From the human T2T-CHM13v2.0 reference genome, Homo sapiens: a DNA stretch of 64,000 bases. Where the stretch lies: NCBI RefSeq assembly GCF_009914755.1, contig NC_060927.1. One strand, 5' to 3'. The position numbers and the translations under genes are program-made. Position 1 is the stretch's first letter. The number at the start of each line of letters is the position of its first letter. This document shows, in pieces, positions 57,921 to 64,000 of this stretch. The notes under the pieces are model-generated. The model ran no database searches. It saw only the letters and a program-made list of their open reading frames with translations, and was not told where the DNA came from.

Positions 57921-59819
57921 GTCCATTTGGTCAGTGTTTCAGGGAATTTTTTTTTCAAAAATTGAGATTTTTTAAAGCTCTTATTTCTAAAGGTGTTTCT
58001 CATATTTGAAGTAAGTTTTCTGTTTCCATTTTCAAATAATCACTATGTGATTATTTTATAATCATGTAGTATTCCCTTTAAGGGGAAAAACTTCCCATAT
58101 CCATGTGCATACATGTACATGTGCCTGCCTGCACATGTGTGCTCGCGCATACACATACCTGCATGGACACATCAACAATGCCTCACTGGGATTTGTGGTT
58201 TGAATGAGAAATGGTCCCAGTCAGGCTGGGACAAGTAGGTCAGGAAATTTAACCTGACTTTCCCAACCCCAGTCATCACTGGCAGGGTCTGAAAAGGCCA
58301 GGTTTGTCAGGACTCAAGGATCCTTGGTGTCTGAGTGGCAAAACTGATTTGAGGTCCTGTCTGTCCTGTCCTAACATTTGCCCTAGACTCCTCCAAGTGG
58401 CACTAACTAACCCAGGCTTTTGTGCACAGTGCCTCCACTTGTGTGATTACCCCTGACTCCACTCCTGGATGAGGTCAGGGGTCATCTGCACAGACTTGTT
58501 CCACTACTTCGGCAGGACAAAGAAAATGTGTTCCTTGTGTTTACAGGGGGAGAACAGAGCCTGCCACGAGGGCCTGGAGAGGCCCGTGTAAAACAGGCCC
58601 ATATGACAAAAAGGTGAATGAATGGTATAAGTTGCAGCCATTTATGGCAGTCTAGGTATATGCCTGTGAGGGAAGTAGGATTCTCCTTTCTTTACAGATG
58701 AGAGATTAGGTGGCCTGTCAACATCATAAGGTTCTTCAGCACCACTGCCCCCACCCAGGATTAAAAACCCAGCCCCATCCATCTCCAAAGCCCGTGTTCT
58801 GTCCACTGTTCCCTCCACCCTGCCCTCCTAGGGAAACACCATGCACTAGAACCCTTATGCAAGAAGCCCATGCACACACAGTCACACATGGTACATGCTG
58901 CTTCCTACAGCTACAATGACTGCATGGTCTGAAGTTGTGCAAACAGGAAAGGGAAACATCTATGAGAAAAAAGCACATTCCTCTTCTGTCCTGTATACCT
59001 CTGCATGGGACACTCTGTGAGGAAGTCCTCAGACATCATGGTATCAATTGCCCTGGGTGGCATGGTGGGGGTGGCTCAGGAAGAAGCTGTCCAAATTCCC
59101 ATCACCATCTGCCTCCCAAACTACCCTAGGTACAGTCTAATTAAGTAAACAAATTAAACAATCAATAAACAACTACAGTCTCAGTAAATTCAGTGTCCTT
59201 GCTGAGCAACTGTAGCTCCAAGACAAATCTCCTAGCTACCTCCCTGTCTTTGTAATAGATTTCTGCCCCGATCCTCCTCTATGTAAATGTTGAAGCAGTG
59301 TCTAGATAGGCCATTTCAACGATCTGTTTTATTAATACATTTACTCTGTATTCTGTCAGGCCCTGATGTAGGACCTGGACACAGAGGTGAACAAGACGTG
59401 GTCCTAGACCCTAAAGGCTTTTGAGGGAGGTTAAACTGATTAGGCCTGCCTGCAGGTTGAAAGGTGGTCAAGATGCTCTCTGCAATTGAATTTTCAGCAA
59501 AGGCATGAGCGTGCACTGACCTACCATGGGAAAGCAACTCTTAGCTTGTTTTCATTATAGAAGGGTATCTCTTTATTTATTCCTCGACTTAATCAGGCCT
59601 TTGAATTGGCTCATCTCAGGCTGGGTGGGACAGAGGGAGAGAAGCAGTTCATTTCAGGTCAGTTTGGGCTGCTTGTAGAAAATGGGTTGTTACTTGATTG
59701 CACTGGATGATCCATGTCTGATTTGAGAAATTACTCAGCAATCTGATATTTTGCTAGTTTGAAAAAAATGTTTCCTACCAGCTGAATGCAAATCACATTT
59801 TATATGTTAATGAGTCATA

Positions 59820-59930
59820 AACTCAGAGAATATCCATGCTTGAAGAGTCCCTAAAGGTTATGGAGGCCAGCCTCCCCATTTGACAGATAGGGATACCAAG
59901 GCTCAGAGGGTAAAGGACTTGTCCAGAATT
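59820..59930 (-). mobile_element. MIR fragment
   Basis: ccccatttgacagatagggataccaaggctcagaggg. Confidence 0.75.
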
Positions 59931-61609
59931 GAGGTAAAAATCACCAGGCAGCAAATTATGAGTGTTTCTATTACTGGGGCATTTTCCAACAAGTTTATTG
60001 CCACAGAGAGAATGGTCTCAGTTACCCTGGGCAGCCACAGAACTTGACACAACTCAGGAAGTAGTTTTAATGTCAAGAGTTTCACATATTTTCCAACTTT
60101 GTTTTACCAAAACGCATCTGCTGTTCAGAAACATCCCCCGACTTCTAGGAGAAACATCTCAAAAGGACAATGAGAATATTTTCTATTTTTATAATGATGT
60201 CGGATCTTTTACCTTTGGGAGATTTGTATTTAAACCAACCCAGCTTGCCAACTTCCCTTAAAGAAGAAGTCATTAAATTTCCAATCGGAAATTTGAGCAT
60301 AAATGAGATATTTCAAATGAAAACAGCAAGGAATTTGCAAAGGCATCTGATCCTGCATCATACTCCCAAATCTTCTTTAAATTAGTTCTATGTCAAAAGG
60401 CTACATGGAAAGACTTTTTCTTTTGTCTGATAAAGGAAAAATTGGAACAATATCACTTCAGTTTAGTATCCAGGCTATCATTTGGTTTCATTCCAAGGAG
60501 AGGTTTTTTTTTTTGTTTTTTTTTTTTTAACTTTGGTCTGTAACTGCACATGTATATAAGTTTAATCAGTTTCTCCCATAACTTTATTGCCATTTAAGCT
60601 ATTCTCTACTTACTGACCTTCTTTCAAATTAGATGGGTGGATCTTGTCTATGATACGGCATTTAGCTCCATTAGAAGAAAAATATCTTAGCTGAATGTAT
60701 ATAACATTGCTTTGCTAGAAGAAAATAAAATTCTTCTGAAAAGGCAGCTGGAGAGCAAGATGAGTTCACTGCTCCACTGCCTCCTGGGGCTGTTCCTTAT
60801 CAAAGCATGTGATTCCATATCAAAAAAACGTGACCATGGAGAAACACTTAAAGACCCACGACTCCACTAGAATCTACTCCAGTTTCACCCATTGCTTCCT
60901 TCTGAGATCTCAGGGACCAAGATAGTTCTTTACCAAGCCTTACAGCCTGAATGTGTTCTCAAAGGAAGTCCCCCCAGAGTCACTCTGGCCCTACTAGCCT
61001 AATGCCATCTCTTATCCAAGATCAGCTTGACCCCTGGTCCATCCAGTGATATGTGTCTCTCCCTCAAGTCGGGGGGGCAAAGGTCTTAGTGTCACAGGCT
61101 TCCTGGGAACCAAGGCAGTCCAGGTTGCAGCCAAGTTCTTGGGCCATGTCAAAAACTTACTTCCTGAGTCTGGGCTTCATTACTTTCTCTACTTGTTCCA
61201 TCAGCAAACATTTACAAGCACCTAGTCAGTGCCAGATCCATGTGAGGCACCCAGCCATGGGCTCTCATGGTTTGTTGGCAAACTCAAACATGGAGGAGAT
61301 GCTCACAGAAATGAGGGCATTTCTACATTCTTTAATTCCAGGAATTGCCCAGTGTCCTTTCTGGGGCCAGAAAGCCTTGCTCTTCCCATCACATCTGCCT
61401 CAGAATCTCAGAACACCGTGTTTGGGATTTCTGAACTAGTCGAAAAGTAATGAGAGACTATTTCAGACACTAAGGACCCAAAGTTGTTAGCTAATTATAG
61501 GTACATTTTCTCAGAAAATCCTCCCTAACAAAAAGAGTCTTAGTGGGAAGTGGGATCGGGGTGGGGCCCAATCCAGACCTTTATGTTTTTTTCCTGTCAG
61601 GGTATCCAT

Positions 61610-61745
61610 GATTCTGCTTCTTTTTCCCTATCTCCCTTCTTTCCTTCCTTCCTACCTCACTTGCCTCTCTCTTTTCTCTCCCTTCCCCTCTTTTTCTTCC
61701 TCTTTCTTTCTTTTTCGTTTCTCTCCTTTTTCTTTCTTTTCTCTA
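61610..61745. repeat. CT-rich polypyrimidine tract
   Basis: Direct inspection. Confidence 0.85.
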
Positions 61746-62249
61746 TTGTACTTCAGAAACAGAACAATCACCCCTGGAAGAGATATACATAAACTGTTTT
61801 TCCAGAATAACTTTAAGCTTTCTTTCCAAACAGTATGAACCCGGGGAAACCGTGGCACCTTGGATCTGGCTCCCAGCATCCTGCCTAGTCCTTTCGGGAC
61901 TCTCCCTTCTGCCCACATTGCCCTTCTTCCTCCTCTTCCTCCAGCCTGCTCTGTGGCAGCTCCGTCTTCTCTCCTCCCCCTGTGCCAGCTCCCTTCTGTC
62001 TCTAACCCACTCCCTTGGAAAACCTCACTTTCGTCAAGACTTTGGGAACTTTTCTGCCTTCCTCCCAGAGGCATTTGGGTTTTAAATAAAAACCAGGGAG
62101 GCAGTGTTCAGGCAAGCTCCTGGTATTTATTTTGGAGCTCTATGTGGGGATGAAACGGAATCTCTAGATTGCCTCTCCGCCTTCAGTCCCAGGAATGAGG
62201 GGACTATTTTCTTGGTACCTTACATTATGGGGGGCATTGCCTTCCCTCC

Positions 62250-62360
62250 TAAACTCTAGACAGTGGACTCCCTGAGGGCAGTGACTGTGGTGTTCCTAGT
62301 TGTGTCCCAGCACCCAGCGCTGAGTGTGTGCTCCGAGAGGGCTCACTGAGAGGAAGAACG
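62250..62360 (+). mobile_element. L2 3' fragment
   Basis: tagacagtggactccctgagggcagtgactgtg...tcccagcacccagc. Confidence 0.65.
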
Positions 62361-62489
62361 GATTTGTATGCAGCGTCAGCCTCCTCTCCGGGACTCACAG
62401 GCACCCACAGGAGGTTATGCCACAGCTGTTTCCTACTCCTCTCCTCTCCTCTCCCACTTTCTGTTTTTCTTCACTTTGCTTTTCCAGTG

Positions 62490-64000
62490 ACTAGTAAGCC
62501 AGTGAATGAGATCCTTATGATTTTTAATTTTGGGAATTCTGAAAAATTTTTCCGTAGCGTAATTCATTTTCCAATGTGGTTCATGTATATTTGGGGAAAA
62601 TGGGTATCGTTAAGTTTGTTAAGCATTAAGTTCTATTTATAGCTATTAGAGCATGATTGTTAATCAAGTATACCCCTACTTATTTTTTTCTACTTGATTT
62701 GTTGATTTCTGAGTGAGAAATGTTAAAGTCTCCCATTTTGATCATAGCTTTGTCAATTTCTCCTTTTGGTTTCTGTTTTTGCTTTATGTATTGTTAAGCT
62801 GTGTTTTAGGTATATAAAGATTAATGATTTTATATCTCCTAGATGTTCATTTATCAGTAGTAAGCAAATGGGTTTGTCTCTTGAATTTTTTTTCCTTCTT
62901 GGTCAAGCCTTCTCTGTGTTCTGACGTTAATACTTTTGTATCTTTTTCTTTATCATTTGCCTTATTTGTATTTTTTCCTTGAGAAGTGTTTTTTTTTTTT
63001 TTAAATAGAAGAGTGCACAGATGTAACGAGCACAGATTCACACAACCGAGGACTGATTACTGTTGATCTTTTTCTCCCTCTTTCTCTTTTTATAAGAAAC
63101 AAACAATCACAGATAGAGCTACAGTTCTCTTAACCAACACTCCTTGTCTCCCCCAGACTTTCCTGAAGCATCCACTCTCATGAGTTTGGTGGGTGCCCTT
63201 CCTATCTATTAATCATGCTTTTACATACATGCATGCTGTTTCTAAATAGTACACATTAGGATTTTTGTGGTTTTAAATTTATGTAGATGATGTCATACAC
63301 TATGTAGCATTGTGCACATTTCATTTTAAACTTACTCTATTTAAAAAAAAAATCCAACCCTGTTGCTGTATGTAGATCTTGTTCTTTTTAACTGATCTAA
63401 CTATGTAGAATTCTATCATAAAATTACACATTACATTTTATGTGTGTATTTAGTTGCTGATATACATTTGTGCAGTTTCTTATTTGCAGTCTTACAAACA
63501 ATGCTGCAGAGTACATCCTTGTACAAGTCTAAGTATTTCTATATGTTTCTCCAGACTGGCTGACTGTTCCACATCCCTGATAGCATGTGGGAGCATTTCT
63601 CTCCGGTGTATATTAGTAAGTGGAGTCTCTGAATTGTGGAATATGGATATAGGCAGTTTTAGTGGATTCTGTCTAGTGTGGGGTACGCTTACACCCCACT
63701 CTTTAGCAACACAACAGTACCCCTCTCTACTTCCTTGCCTTGAGATCATCAATACTTTAAAATATTTGCCCACCTGACTGGCAAAAAACAAGATTTATTG
63801 TGTGTTGTTTTGATTTGCATTTCCATGGAACTGAGAGTGTTTATTGGCCTCGAAACTTTTCTCCTTTGGAGCAGGGTATGTTTGTGTGGGGAGAGTATCA
63901 TTTTCCCATTGCTTGCATGGCTTTCTATTTTTTTTAACCTAATCTGAGACTCCTTGGCTTTTATAAGATTTTAATTTATTAAACTATTTTACTTTCTGAA
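62490..64000 (-). mobile_element. Old L1ME fragments (endonuclease region, then 3' end of another copy)
   Basis: tgttaaagtctcccatt...ttgtcaatttctcc (EN); caaacaatgctgcag...tgttttgatttgcattt...ttattggcc (3' ORF2/UTR). Confidence 0.7.

Overview
This is primate genomic DNA, most likely human or another hominoid, judging by its AluY/AluS/AluJ and L1PA4-like elements. I found no credible host protein-coding exon, RNA gene or CRISPR array, so the window is intergenic or intronic. Roughly half is transposon-derived: an old L1MA-type 5' half (1-5.1 kb), a Tigger1 (12.4-21.0 kb) carrying two inverted Alus and a full-length disrupted L1PA4-like element, a nested L1/MER2/LTR18 block (30.4-37.4 kb), and many MIR/L2/MaLR/hAT relics. 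Repeat-poor, motif-dense stretches at about 6.5, 28.2, 50.4-54.4 and 57.1-57.9 kb look like developmental enhancers, but that is inference. I did not find a new biological system. The best-supported unusual features are a 286-bp multi-switch templated insertion inside Tigger1, an L1 3' transduction with its own poly(A) signal, an L1 5'UTR with altered YY1/ORF0/antisense-promoter elements and a long open ORF0 frame, and several small local duplications. Repeat subfamily names come from recalled consensus sequences and need RepeatMasker/Dfam confirmation.
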